The notes beneath the pieces were generated by a model, which was not told the DNA's origin, did no database searches, and saw only the letters and a list, made by a program, of their open reading frames with translations. Made by a program: the position numbers and the translations under genes. From Pelagomonas calceolata (taxonomy: Eukaryota), in contig CAKKNE010000001.1 of NCBI GenBank assembly GCA_918797485.1, positions 5,022,001 through 5,086,000 on the forward strand: 64,000 nucleotides of DNA. The letters run 5' to 3'. Position 1 is the first letter of the stretch; each line of letters begins with the position of its first letter. Positions 42,674 through 52,841 of the stretch are shown here, piece by piece.

Positions 42674-42921
42674 TGTTTCTTGTTGTAAAGATACGTTCTG
42701 TAGATCTTTCTGTATCTCGTTCTGTGGATGGCAAAAACCCGCGCCAGTTTAGAGTGTAATTGTAAGAAATTGGCCCGTCCACGGGCGTGGCACGGCTTGT
42801 TGAGAGGCTGCCCCGCTCTTCCGTCTCACTGTGCCGTACGGCAGCAGCGCCGCCGCTGCTCACCTCTCACCCGCAGCTGTTCCCCTCTCAAAATTGCCCC
42901 CAACAACCTCCCAGGGGCATC

Positions 42922-44049
42922 ATGGGCAACGCCTGGTCGCCACCCCCAAATTGCCTCCAAATCGAGCTCCGCGGCGGCGGCAAGCAGTGCGACTGCGGTC
43001 CTTTGCGTGTGGAGGAGTACACGGTGGCCAACGACCAGCGCGTCCTGGCCCGCGTCTCCGGCGAAGAGGCGCGGGAGTACATACGCGGCGTCAACGCCCA
43101 CGTCGCCAAGGGCACGGGAAAGTACCGCTGGCCGATCTGCGGCTGCTTCGCCTGCTTCCTCCTCGGCGCGGCGTTATTCGGCGTCATGATGGGCGTGTTC
43201 CACGAGGAGAAGCGGCTCCGCTGCGAGGCGCGCCTATGCTCGCGCGGCGAGGACCCCCTCCTCCTTCCTCATGGAAAGCCGTGCTGCGTCTTCTGGTGCT
43301 GCGGCGAAGGCATGGACGGGGGGAAACATCACCACGAGCTCCCCGCGCGGCCTTACAATACCAGCTGGGACGTGTGGTCGAGCGAAGCCTACTTCGGGAT
43401 CGACGAGCGGTGCTCGCTCTACCACGACGGAGACGAGCACCGGCCGGAGGACCACACGCCGAGGGACGCGAACTACGGCTGCGGAAGCTGCCCCGCGAGA
43501 CTCTCCGACGAGGGGGAGTGCAAGACCATGTTCGAGGGCCCCGCGAAGGACTACGAAGTGACCTGGCCGCTCCTGTTCCTGATACCTTACCTGCTGCCAA
43601 TTCCATTTATCATCTTCTTCATCTGCGCCTCGGCGTGCGCGGTCCCGCGCCTCTACGAGGAAGCTTTTGAGGACTGGCGGGCGCGGGGAGTAGTCACGCA
43701 TGTGACGTACCAGCGAGGTGGAAAGCACTCGCCAAACTATCTGCGCCTATGGTTCCCGCCCGGGCAATCGGTGCAGCCGGTGATCACAGGCCCGGTGGTC
43801 ACAGGCCAGAACACCTTCCTGGTCCAGGTCCCGCCCGGCAGTCACGCGGGCCAGATGATGCAGGTCACGAGTCCTGCGGGCGTGCCGATGCAGGTCCAGA
43901 TACCTGCGGGCATGTATCCCGGTGCCACGTTCGCCGTCGCCTCCCCGGCGGCGCCCGCCGTGGGCGTCGTCGAGGGGGTCAGCTACGCCGAAGAAGAAGC
44001 GGGGGAGCCCGTCCTGCAGGCCAAGGTCGTGCCGGAGAGGGAGTGGTAG
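42922..44049 (+). CDS. Hypothetical two-TM, Cys-rich membrane protein
   Basis: MGN start, two hydrophobic helices and C-terminal VQVPPG...GQ...V repeats. Confidence 0.65.
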   Translation: MGNAWSPPPNCLQIELRGGGKQCDCGPLRVEEYTVANDQRVLARVSGEEAREYIRGVNAHVAKGTGKYRWPICGCFACFLLGAALFGVMMGVFHEEKRLRCEARLCSRGEDPLLLPHGKPCCVFWCCGEGMDGGKHHHELPARPYNTSWDVWSSEAYFGIDERCSLYHDGDEHRPEDHTPRDANYGCGSCPARLSDEGECKTMFEGPAKDYEVTWPLLFLIPYLLPIPFIIFFICASACAVPRLYEEAFEDWRARGVVTHVTYQRGGKHSPNYLRLWFPPGQSVQPVITGPVVTGQNTFLVQVPPGSHAGQMMQVTSPAGVPMQVQIPAGMYPGATFAVASPAAPAVGVVEGVSYAEEEAGEPVLQAKVVPEREW

Positions 44050-44078
44050 TTCTTGTTTGTACATATTGATTACAAAAA

Positions 44079-44753
44079 TTAAGGCAGAACCCCTCCGTCG
44101 CTCGGCCCCGCCCAGGGCAACCCGACGAGGTCCGGCCGCCGCGCGAGGAGCTCGTCGTACGGCATCCGGCGCATGAACGTCGTCTCGTCCATGGCCATGC
44201 CGACGCCGAGCGTCCGCCGCGCCACGGCGCCCTGAGTTAAAGTGTATTCGTAGATGGCGCCCTGGTCGAAGGCGCGCGCGGCCGCCGCGACGCGCCGCCG
44301 GCCCGCGGCGGCGTCCGCGAACGCCAGGACGAAGCCGTCCTCGCGCCAGCCCTCGGTGACGTCGACGCCGTAGGCCCGCCACGCGGCATCGGCGCCGGCC
44401 GTCTTCAGCATGGCCCAGAGCTTGCCGTTCTCGCGCGCGTTCTCGTCGCGCGTCCGCGCGACGCCGGGCGGGTCGAAGGCCGTCACGGCGAACGCGGCGC
44501 CGCCCGCCGGGATGGCCCGCAGACCGTCCGGGAAGCTCTCGCGCGACTCCGCGGCGGTCTCGCACGGCGCCAGCGAGATGGTGCCCGCGCCGGGCACGTC
44601 GAGCATCGTCTCGATGCCGCCGACCCACAGGCTCGCGAGGTCCTGGGCCTTCGACGAGGCCGTCCGCACGCGCAGGCGCTTGAGCGCGCTCGATATCCCC
44701 ACCACAGCAATGGCTGCCAGGGCGACCATGATGCAGGCGCGCTTGTCCACCAT
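44079..44753 (-). CDS. DUF3293-like protein with an N-terminal anchor
   Basis: AVTAFDPPG...EN..EN..L...W.E.GF......FDQGAIY resembles the DUF3293 pattern (from memory). Confidence 0.6.
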   Translation of the reverse strand: MVDKRACIMVALAAIAVVGISSALKRLRVRTASSKAQDLASLWVGGIETMLDVPGAGTISLAPCETAAESRESFPDGLRAIPAGGAAFAVTAFDPPGVARTRDENARENGKLWAMLKTAGADAAWRAYGVDVTEGWREDGFVLAFADAAAGRRRVAAAARAFDQGAIYEYTLTQGAVARRTLGVGMAMDETTFMRRMPYDELLARRPDLVGLPWAGPSDGGVLP

Positions 44754-44837
44754 CGATGGCGTACACAGCTTTGTCCTGCGCGCAATTGTCGATGCGTACG
44801 CAGTTCTTTGGCAGTTTTATATGTTGGCTCTGCGGGA

Positions 44838-44862
44838 TGCTAGTGTGTTTACGCACCGCTAG
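44838..44862 (+). promoter_or_regulatory. Double-CTAG intergenic motif, copy 8
   Basis: tgctagtgtgtttacgcaccgctag in a divergent promoter. Confidence 0.6.
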
Positions 44863-44979
44863 GTTCGGCTTTTGCCTGCTTTTTTGTTTGCTGCGGTGTG
44901 TGCACGGCCCCAACTCGAAGACGCAGTAGCTCCTCTTCGTCGCAAAGGCTAAGCTTGGCTGTAAACTCGCTGCAGAGAG

Positions 44980-45912
44980 ATGGCCGCATTCGGCGTCAGC
45001 GAGGAGCCAGTCGACGACGAAGCTGCTACGTTCGATGCGGTGCGATTGGTATTTAAGGGAGACGCCGACGGCCTGCAGGCCTTGCTGGATAAAAAACCGA
45101 ATGCGGCCAAGGGCCACGACGACACGTTCAACGACGCGACGGCGCTGCACGTCGCCGTCGGCGAGACGCAGCCCGCGTGTGCGCGAGCGCTCCTCAACGC
45201 GGGCGCCGACGCGAACGCGAGGGACGTCGAGCGGCGCACGCCGCTGCACCAGGTCGACGCGAACTGCCCGAGAGTGCTCATAGACATCTTGGTCGCGGGC
45301 GGCGGCGACGTCAAGGCCACGGACGCGCGCGGCTGGACGCCGCTCCACGCGGCGGCCGCCGCCATGGCCGTCAACGCGTGCGCCGCGCTGCTGACGAACG
45401 GCGCCGACGCGGCCGCGAAGGCGAAGGACGGCCTCACGGCCTTGGACATCGCGACGGCCGGCGACCCGGACGACGTCGACGATTTGAACTTCGCGGACCT
45501 TGGACTGGACGACGCCGACGGCGAGGACCCGGGGCCGCTGCCGCGGCGGAACCACTTTCTGGTCGAGATGCTGGTCAAGGCGGGCGCGGGCGCGCCGGGC
45601 GACTTCAAGTGGCTCGCGCCAGATTTAGACCGGCACGACTTCGAGCTGAAGCCGGGCGCCGACGTCGATGCCTACGCCGCCGGCGAGATCGTGGAACTCA
45701 CCGTGACGGCCGCCGTCGACGACTTCTCGAGCGACGAGTCCGACGGCGAGGAGTCGGACACGGTCGAGGCGACGGCACGGTTTATGTTGGTTGAGCGCAA
45801 GGACGACCTCTGGCGCGGCTACCTCGTGGACACGGTGCTGCCGGAGAAGGCGCCCCAACTCATGCTGCTGCCGGGCCGGGAGCTCGTGGTGTCAGTGGCT
45901 AAGCCCCCTTAG
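44980..45912 (+). CDS. Ankyrin-repeat protein
   Basis: TALHVAV, RTPLH, GWTPLHAAA, GLTALDIA. Confidence 0.88.
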   Translation: MAAFGVSEEPVDDEAATFDAVRLVFKGDADGLQALLDKKPNAAKGHDDTFNDATALHVAVGETQPACARALLNAGADANARDVERRTPLHQVDANCPRVLIDILVAGGGDVKATDARGWTPLHAAAAAMAVNACAALLTNGADAAAKAKDGLTALDIATAGDPDDVDDLNFADLGLDDADGEDPGPLPRRNHFLVEMLVKAGAGAPGDFKWLAPDLDRHDFELKPGADVDAYAAGEIVELTVTAAVDDFSSDESDGEESDTVEATARFMLVERKDDLWRGYLVDTVLPEKAPQLMLLPGRELVVSVAKPP

Positions 45913-45928
45913 TTAAAAACAAGCATGA

Positions 45929-46102
45929 TTAGACAGGGGAGAGCGCGTCCTCGTCGCCGTCGCCCTCGGACGCCTGGAGTTTCATCGCCGCCATCTTACT
46001 TCTCGTCGTTGCGGCGGATAATGTAACGGACTTCTCGTGCGTCGGAAACGCGTAGCTATCCAGCGACACGAGCGCGGCGACGGCGGCACGGGCCACGATC
46101 AT
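45929..46102 (-). CDS. Small ORF, 57 aa (below the ORF-track cutoff)
   Basis: MIVARAAVAALVSLDSYAFPTHEK...EDALSPV; hydrophobic N-terminus; motif copy 9 lies upstream in the same orientation. Confidence 0.35.
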   Translation of the reverse strand: MIVARAAVAALVSLDSYAFPTHEKSVTLSAATTRSKMAAMKLQASEGDGDEDALSPV

Positions 46103-46377
46103 CGTGGTTTCGCGTCTTCACCAGTCTATGTCCCGGTTTTGTTTGCGCCCTGAATATTTGGCTCGCGCGGGTGCTCCGGTACCGCGCCGCTTCGCTTGAT
46201 TCACGCTTTCCCCTAAGTGTGGGAAACTGAGTGTGGGCAAGCCTTATCTCTGAGGTTTCGTACCCAAAAATGCTCGTCCCTGGGACACTAGTGAAGCGCT
46301 CAAACAGGATGGGCCCCACTGCGGCTAAAATGGGCTCGCTAGACTGGCAAAAAGCAAAGCACAGGAAATGCGTAGGC

Positions 46378-46401
46378 TTAGCGGCCTGTAAGGCACTAGC
46401 A
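46378..46401 (-). promoter_or_regulatory. Double-CTAG intergenic motif, copy 9
   Basis: Minus strand tgctagtgccttacaggccgctaa. Confidence 0.6.
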
Positions 46402-46459
46402 AGCGGACGACGCCCTCCCCGTATACGCCGTCGATGCGGCGATAGCACAACACAAAAAG

Positions 46460-47242
46460 TTACAAAGCCCGATCCCTCGCTAAACAAGCGAACGCCGCGC
46501 GCGTCACCGGCGTCAGCGCGAGGCCGCAGTCCTCGGAATCGACGAACGCGAGCCGCTCGCTCTCCCACGCCTCGAGGGCGTGGCGGTAGCCCTCCTTTAC
46601 TTCACTGGACGTCTGCGTCGTCTCCAAAACAAACAGGCAGTCCGGCTTTTGATCCGCGTCTCTCATCACTCCAATTAAACGCGGCTCGGACAAAGCTTTC
46701 TCCGGGATGCCGACCTCCTCGACGATCTCCCTGATAATACCGTCGCGCAAGACCTCCCTACTAATATTCTTGTTCCACACGTATTGGGGCTCGGCGTGGC
46801 CCGAAGGCCCGTTGTATAAGCCCGATGCAAACGCTACGTCTGTCGACCTCCTCAGTAGTACAATCTTGTTATCAGAGGTCGTCAGCACGCACTCGCAGCC
46901 CAGGGCGTTCGAGAGGTGCGCGCTGCCCGCCGCCCGTAGTCGCGGGTTCGTCTGCGTTCCCACAAATTCCCGGTAGCCCGTCAGGCCGACCTGCAGCGTG
47001 ACTTTATCGTCACTCTTGACGACGGCGTGGAGGCGGAACTTGAAGCCGTCGTACGTCTTGGGGTGCGTCTCGAGCTTGCTCGCCCACGCGCGCTCGATGT
47101 CGTCGGCGTCTCCCTCCAACGCTTTTCGTGCGTACGCTTCGTAGTTGTAGTCTACCACTAAGCCGCCCTTCAGCTCTTCCGGTGTTACTAGTAACTCGTA
47201 GGAGGCGTCCGAGGCGTCGGAGGCGGCTGTGATTGCTGCCAT
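46460..47242 (-). CDS. NUDT22: Nudix hydrolase, NUDT22-like
   Basis: YDGFKFRL, GLTGYREFVGT, ALG....L.TSD...VLLRRS, PSGHAEP, REIVEEVGI. Confidence 0.85.
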   Translation of the reverse strand: MAAITAASDASDASYELLVTPEELKGGLVVDYNYEAYARKALEGDADDIERAWASKLETHPKTYDGFKFRLHAVVKSDDKVTLQVGLTGYREFVGTQTNPRLRAAGSAHLSNALGCECVLTTSDNKIVLLRRSTDVAFASGLYNGPSGHAEPQYVWNKNISREVLRDGIIREIVEEVGIPEKALSEPRLIGVMRDADQKPDCLFVLETTQTSSEVKEGYRHALEAWESERLAFVDSEDCGLALTPVTRAAFACLARDRAL

Positions 47243-47401
47243 GCTTGTGTATAATAGGCTAATAGTGTCTGCAGCGATAGCGGTGCAAGATTGATGCGGC
47301 AGCGATCGCTGGCTGGCGAGCAGTATGAGTGGTATTTTCGTAGCCAGCGGCGTCGACAGCGCACCACTGCGGCCAGATTGAGCGAATGAGCGTGAAAGTT
47401 A

Positions 47402-47426
47402 GCTAGCGGCCTGTAAGACACTAGCA
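47402..47426 (-). promoter_or_regulatory. Double-CTAG intergenic motif, copy 10 (consensus)
   Basis: Minus strand tgctagtgtcttacaggccgctagc; identical to copy 12. Confidence 0.75.
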
Positions 47427-47607
47427 AAAAGCTTGTGGCCTGGGCACTGCCACGCGGCGAGTAGAGAGCCGACGCAGCACGTCAGTGTATAAAACTCTCG
47501 CAGGAATCGCAGCGACAAAAAAAAATTGACCGCTACTGCCCAGGGTGAATTATTAGCCTGAGCCCCTGAGCTGACCGGTGGCCCAGCGCGCTCACTGAGC
47601 CTGACCC

Positions 47608-48546
47608 ATGGCCCGGCGCGCTCCCTTCGCCTCCCTCTGGTCGCGCGACGACGTGCGCACCGCAGTAGTCGATTTCTTGCCGACGAAAGCCATCGCGGTG
47701 CTCCCCGTCGTCGCCAAGCCGCTGCGCGCGGTCCAGACGTCCTTGCTTATTACGGCGATACGCCGCCGCGGCAAGACCACCGTCCCGAGTCCTCAGACGA
47801 CGCGCGGCGCGTTGCTCGACGCGCTGCTGGTTGGCGAGCCGCAGCACTTTTGCGAGAGGTGGGAGCGAGGCTTGGAGCAATGGAGCGAAGACTCGCCTGA
47901 TGCGTATACGGTCAATGTGTTTCCGTCGCACGAAGGTGGCTTCGTCAGGCTCGATAGGGATTTGGAGGATGATTTAGGAGGTCACGAAAAGGCACTTACT
48001 CACCACTTCCGTGGCGAAAATCTGCTCGTGACGCGACTCCGGGTGAAACTGGGCTTTGTGGATTGTGAGCAAGAGGGCGCGGCGGGCTACGCATCACTCT
48101 GTGGTCCTAACGTGCAGTCGGGCGATGATGAGGATGTTGCCCAATGGGATGATTTTATGGCAGGTCCTATGTTTAATAACGACGAGGGAAACGCATTTTC
48201 ACTCATGTGGTTGGCAGGGAAAAGGGGTAATTCTCGAATTCTCATCGATGCTGTGACGGCTGAAACATTTTATGAGGTCGATGCGCTCGTCCATCATGAA
48301 TCGGTGACGTCGGGCGTGGGCAAAGTCGATATTTTGGTCAACGGGCTGCTAGTCGCCCGGGACATGGAATTTTTCTACAGGCCACTCTCGTCGCTTCACC
48401 TGTACAACTATTCGACTAGTACATCAAAAATTGGAGAAATTGAGGTATGGTACGAAAAGGCTGCGCCGAATCAGGTCTGGTCAACTGGACCTGGGGAGGC
48501 GTCAGACCGGGACGACGACTCGGAGTCGGAGGCAGATATGATGTAA
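47608..48546 (+). CDS. F-box-like N-terminus plus beta-rich domain protein; paralog of 33732-34592
   Basis: FASLWSRDDVRTAVVDFLPTKAIA...VAKPLR, ALLDA, FYEVD, PLSSLHLYN. Confidence 0.6.
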   Translation: MARRAPFASLWSRDDVRTAVVDFLPTKAIAVLPVVAKPLRAVQTSLLITAIRRRGKTTVPSPQTTRGALLDALLVGEPQHFCERWERGLEQWSEDSPDAYTVNVFPSHEGGFVRLDRDLEDDLGGHEKALTHHFRGENLLVTRLRVKLGFVDCEQEGAAGYASLCGPNVQSGDDEDVAQWDDFMAGPMFNNDEGNAFSLMWLAGKRGNSRILIDAVTAETFYEVDALVHHESVTSGVGKVDILVNGLLVARDMEFFYRPLSSLHLYNYSTSTSKIGEIEVWYEKAAPNQVWSTGPGEASDRDDDSESEADMM

Positions 48547-48564
48547 TACAAACAACATAAATTA

Positions 48565-49611
48565 TCACCAGCTAGCCACCTGCCCAGACTCCCCGCGCTT
48601 CTCCTTGCACTCGTCGGGCACCGCGTCCGGCCGCCCGACGTGGGTCCCGAGCTCCTCGCGCAGGCGCACCGCGCCCGGCGGCGCGCGCGGCGGCTTCGTG
48701 ACGTGCTTCGGCGACGTGTACGTCACGTCCGCGCGCGCTTCATTTCTTAAATCTGAATAGAACGCGGCGAGGTCCGCGGCCATCTGCAGGCAGTCCGGCT
48801 CCGGCTCGCTGTAGTAGCGCGGCGCCCGCGAGAGCTGCAATAAAACGTGCGCGCCCGGCGCATTTCTAGCGTGCAACCAGTAGTCGCCGTCGCGCGCTAT
48901 TACGAGTGAAAGCCGGTCGTTCTCCTTCCGCGAGCGACCCACGAGGATCGGCACGCCCGCGGGGCTCGTGAAGGTCCGGCCGGTCCAGGTCGACTTCTTC
49001 TTCTTCTCGACCGGTGTTGTTTTGGGTAGAGCCTCGACTTCTACGACGGTCGCGCCCTTCTTCGCCGCGCGCTTCTCTAGCATCTCCAGCGCGTCGTCGT
49101 CCGCGTCGACGGCGTCGCCGCGCAGCCCCTCCAAAACCGTCGATTTGGCCGACGACGCCTCGAGCAACTCCTCGACGACGGCGGACCCGCGCCGCAGCCG
49201 CCTCGCCTTTTTGAAACCGGCATCCGCTTCCTCCTTCGCGGACCGGAATTTCGGCGACAGCGTGATCTCCACGACCTCGCCGCCGTTCTCCCAGTCCTCG
49301 ACCGAGATCTGGGTGGCGCCGTCCTCGATGCGGTAGAGGTTCGAGAAGATGAGGTTGGCCCGGTGCGCCATCGCCTCGGCGTCGGCGGCGGCCTTGGCCT
49401 CCTTGCGCAGGGCGTCGGCCTTGCGCGCCTCCTTCGTCAGCGCCGCGTCGATGGCGTCGACGAGTGCGGCGCGCCGGACATCGAGCGGATCGACGCCGTC
49501 GGCGGCCGCACCGCGCGCGACGCGTGATACGCAGCGCCGCGGCGGCGTCGCCACGAATGCGCGTCCGCCACGCCGTGTCAGAGAGGTGAGCAGCAGCATC
49601 ATGCGCCACAT
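48565..49611 (-). CDS. NFACT (Rqc2/FbpA-like) protein with an NFACT-R domain, probably organelle-targeted
   Basis: ILVGRS.KEND.LS, DYWLHA...PGAHV, AA.LAAFYS, V.YT....V.KP...PG.V. Confidence 0.85.
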   Translation of the reverse strand: MWRMMLLLTSLTRRGGRAFVATPPRRCVSRVARGAAADGVDPLDVRRAALVDAIDAALTKEARKADALRKEAKAAADAEAMAHRANLIFSNLYRIEDGATQISVEDWENGGEVVEITLSPKFRSAKEEADAGFKKARRLRRGSAVVEELLEASSAKSTVLEGLRGDAVDADDDALEMLEKRAAKKGATVVEVEALPKTTPVEKKKKSTWTGRTFTSPAGVPILVGRSRKENDRLSLVIARDGDYWLHARNAPGAHVLLQLSRAPRYYSEPEPDCLQMAADLAAFYSDLRNEARADVTYTSPKHVTKPPRAPPGAVRLREELGTHVGRPDAVPDECKEKRGESGQVASW

Positions 49612-49868
49612 GCGTCGATGCGGTGCGCCGTTTAGCGGTCGCAAGATGATCTGTGGTATTTGCCAGTGATTTGGTTCACCGCTGCTGAGCGTCCGTCGCA
49701 GCGATCGCGTCTTTCGTGCTCGAGTTTGCTGCTGAGCATGCATGGAGAGCATCTCCTCGTGGCGGCCCTGTCTCCACAGCCGCCGCTCGTTTTAGCCACA
49801 AATCTACACAGCAGCCGTCGACCGACCCCTTAGCTTCAACGACGAGGCATCTTAGGCCAGTTCCATCG

Positions 49869-50510
49869 ATGCGGAGAACGGCACCCATGCTGCCACTCCT
49901 GCTCTTGGCGTCCTGCGCTGGCGCATTCGTGGCCCCGGGCGGCACTCACAGCGTCCTCCGCGTCGCACCGCAGCATGCGGTCGACGCGTCAGTGTTGCAT
50001 GCGCTCGACGCGTCGACGCTGTGCGACTCCACGCTCGCGCTCGCATCGTTCCAGGACTTTCGCGACGGCATCGCCGACGTCGTGCGACCGTTCGCCATTC
50101 TCGCCGCGGTCCCGGCCTTTGGCATTGCGTTGATTCCCGTGACGCTCGCGGCTGCACTTGCCCGCGCGGCTGCGGCGCCGGCGGCACAAGTACTCGAAAT
50201 CGTCGAATCGATCCCCGCGGACCAGTGGCAGAAACTCCTGTTGTGCATCGCCTTCGACGCCGCCGGGGATCTGTCGGAGTCGCTGCCCTTCCACGGGCTC
50301 CTGGAGCTCGCGCTCGGGCCCCTCGACTACTTCGTGCTGAGGTACCTCTTCGAGGACTCGTTCGCCATTCCGGTGGCGGGACTCCTCGAAGAGTGGCTGC
50401 CGATCCCCGTCGAGTTTCTGCCGACGGCGACGCTGGCGTGGTGCGTGCAGAACCTCGCCGCCGAGTCGGTGATCGCCAGGAAGCTCGGCCTCGTGAAGAA
50501 GAAGCCGTGA
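49869..50510 (+). CDS. Hypothetical protein with a bipartite plastid-targeting-like presequence
   Basis: Signal peptide followed by AGA-FVAP (ASAFAP-like); hydrophobic C-terminal domain GLLEEWLP...FLPTATLAW. Confidence 0.65.
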   Translation: MRRTAPMLPLLLLASCAGAFVAPGGTHSVLRVAPQHAVDASVLHALDASTLCDSTLALASFQDFRDGIADVVRPFAILAAVPAFGIALIPVTLAAALARAAAAPAAQVLEIVESIPADQWQKLLLCIAFDAAGDLSESLPFHGLLELALGPLDYFVLRYLFEDSFAIPVAGLLEEWLPIPVEFLPTATLAWCVQNLAAESVIARKLGLVKKKP

Positions 50511-50683
50511 GCCGGCGCGCTTCGTTGATGGCGCGGAGATGACACGTCGTTGTAGAGGGTGCTTCTAGCTCACCGGTACGCCATCGCCGCGATGTCGTAC
50601 GAGCCAGGGCATATGTGTTGTAAGTCAGGTATGTCAGGTATGTATTACGCGAGATGGTGATGTGGGGGGTGGATTCGTCTTAG

Positions 50684-50836
50684 CTAGGCCTCCTGCTTGA
50701 CGTCGGCGAGCGCCGCCGCCGCGGCCGGCGCGCCGAGCATGGTGTTGAGCTCGGCCTCGATCTCGTCGTCCGTCGGCTCTAACTCGGGATTGACGCGGCC
50801 CGGCGCGCGCAGGCCGCCGGCCGCGGCCAATGGCAT
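50684..50836 (-). CDS. Small ORF, 50 aa
   Basis: MPLAAAGGLRAPGRVNPELEPTDDEIEAELNTMLG...KQEA with GC3-rich codons. Confidence 0.3.
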   Translation of the reverse strand: MPLAAAGGLRAPGRVNPELEPTDDEIEAELNTMLGAPAAAAALADVKQEA

Positions 50837-51296
50837 GGCGCGAGCGTGCGCGTAATCCGTAACGCGAGATAGTACGGCGGGCGCGCTAGACTGGGCGTAA
50901 CTCCTCAGTGAAATTGGGACAGCTTAAGTGCGGCAACAGGGTAGGGCTTGGTGGCGCCGCAGGAGATCAGGCTCGCGTCTAAAAGCCGTCGAACCCACCC
51001 CAAGGGCCTTTTTCATTGAACTAGGCAAGCAAAAGCGATCACACGCCTTGCAAAAACCCGGGGCTGAATTTTTTTTGGGCAGGCGAACCTGAATTGGCAC
51101 ACTAAGGACCACCCACAGCCGAGGCGCGGGAGAAGCGAGACAACGCTACCGCCGTAAGAAACGGAGCCGCGCCGCGCAAACCACTGTGCCACCTCCCCTG
51201 GCCAAGAAGCCAAAACAAGGCTTCGCGTCGTCATTGAGAGAGAGTACTTGTCGTCATTGACCATCTACGAGGCAAGCGCCCAGAACAGCAATAACG

Positions 51297-51797
51297 ATGC
51301 CGGACCAACCCGCGCAGCAATCGCGGTTCCCCGCCAACCGCATCTTTAACCTGGCGGGCGCCCTCATGGGTGGTCTCTTAATGGTCATCGGCATAGCAAT
51401 CTGCGCGGCCGCCTCCGAGAAGGGTATCGACGCGGCTCGCGAGTTCATTCTCGGCCTTTATATGGTTGGGTTTGGTGCCTTCGCGGTGGCGACGGAGTGC
51501 GTCTACCTGCCGAACGTGGTCAAGTATATGCTCATCCTCGACAGCTACCTCGGCAAGGGGTGCTTCTTCATCTTCTGGGGCTTCCTCATGTGGGGCAAGA
51601 AGCCGGAATGGATCATCGCTTCATTGATCTTCCTAGGCGCGGGAGTATGCTTCATCTGCGGCTCCTTCGCGGTGTCGTCGCCGCCCGTATATCTCTGCGG
51701 AGAGCGGCCCGCGGACGCGAAACCTGGAGCTCCGCCCCGCGCGCCCGAGAACTCGCGGCCCGCGCCGCCCGGCGACCCGGTCTGGCCGCCCGCGTAG
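51297..51797 (+). CDS. TVP15/COPI-associated Golgi membrane protein
   Basis: Four TM helices with FILGLYM..FG....E and KYM..L.SYLGKG.FFIF.G. Confidence 0.75.
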   Translation: MPDQPAQQSRFPANRIFNLAGALMGGLLMVIGIAICAAASEKGIDAAREFILGLYMVGFGAFAVATECVYLPNVVKYMLILDSYLGKGCFFIFWGFLMWGKKPEWIIASLIFLGAGVCFICGSFAVSSPPVYLCGERPADAKPGAPPRAPENSRPAPPGDPVWPPA

Positions 51798-51896
51798 GGC
51801 GCTTCACACGAGTCTCGGACTCGCGCGCAGTCGATGGCCGGAGCCGACTGCTGACCCTCCTCGTCATAACAACTTACTCGTATGCACTTGAAAACA

Positions 51897-52841
51897 TTAC
51901 TCCGGGTCATCCCCCAAGCTCTTCCGCGACCGGGTCGATTGTCGAGCAGTCCCCGCCCGAGACGAAGGCGCCGACCAGGGCCCGACGCGGTTGCCCGTCA
52001 GGCTCACGACGCCGTTGAGCGACCCGAGGCCACTCATGAACGTGGCCAACGACTGGTCGTCGTCGCTCGGCACGGACGCCGCCTCGTCGTCGCTCGGCGC
52101 CGGCGACGGCTCTGGCGACGGCTCCGGCGACGCCCCGAACGGCGACGACGGCACCGACGAGTCCGGCGTCGCTGAGACGGGCGCGTCGGGCGACGGCGGC
52201 GGCGCCGTGAAGGGCCGGCGGCTCCGGGGCTCGCGCGGCGCGGCGGCGGCGGCTTCGAACGCTTTTTCCAGGCACGGGTCGCGGGCCAGCGCCGCGTCGA
52301 GCGCCTTCGACGCATCCGCGGCGCGCCGCACCGCCCGCAGCATCGCCGGCGTCGCGGCGCCGGACGCGACGAAGGCGCTGACCGCCGCGGCGCACTGGTC
52401 GTGCTCGCTGCGCGCCGCCAGCCTCCTCAGCCAGAGCGTCCGCTTCCGCGCGAGGCGCTCCGACGTCTGCGGCGGCGGCGGCGGCGCGTCCAACTCGACG
52501 AGGTACGACCGCGCGCGGGCCGCCGCGGAAATATCCCCGGCGACGCGCCACTTGCGCTCGAGCGCCGCCCAGATCGCGGCGTCGGCGCGGACGCCGGCGT
52601 CCGCCGCGGTCGCGAGCAGCGCCGCCGCCGAGGCCTCGTCGGGCGTGTGCTTTAGTAAAATTAACAACGCCTCGCCGTCGGCGCGGCCGCGCGCGGCCTG
52701 GCGCTGGAATCGACTGAGGGCCTTCCCGTAGTCCCGCGCGTCGCCTCCCACCAAGTTCCGGAGGATGCGCCGCGCGTTCGCCCGGCAGGGGTCCTCGCGG
52801 GCGCCGACTGGTTGCGGCAGGCGGAAGGCGAGGGCCTTCAT
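51897..52841 (-). CDS. Hypothetical alpha-helical protein
   Basis: 314-aa ATG ORF; no domain recognised. Confidence 0.45.
   Translation of the reverse strand: MKALAFRLPQPVGAREDPCRANARRILRNLVGGDARDYGKALSRFQRQAARGRADGEALLILLKHTPDEASAAALLATAADAGVRADAAIWAALERKWRVAGDISAAARARSYLVELDAPPPPPQTSERLARKRTLWLRRLAARSEHDQCAAAVSAFVASGAATPAMLRAVRRAADASKALDAALARDPCLEKAFEAAAAAPREPRSRRPFTAPPPSPDAPVSATPDSSVPSSPFGASPEPSPEPSPAPSDDEAASVPSDDDQSLATFMSGLGSLNGVVSLTGNRVGPWSAPSSRAGTARQSTRSRKSLGDDPE

Noticed and set aside
43747..45555. 602-aa minus-strand ORF and other long Arg/Ala-rich alternative-frame ORFs
   Set aside because: These are shadow frames of GC3-rich real genes, with no recognisable domains.
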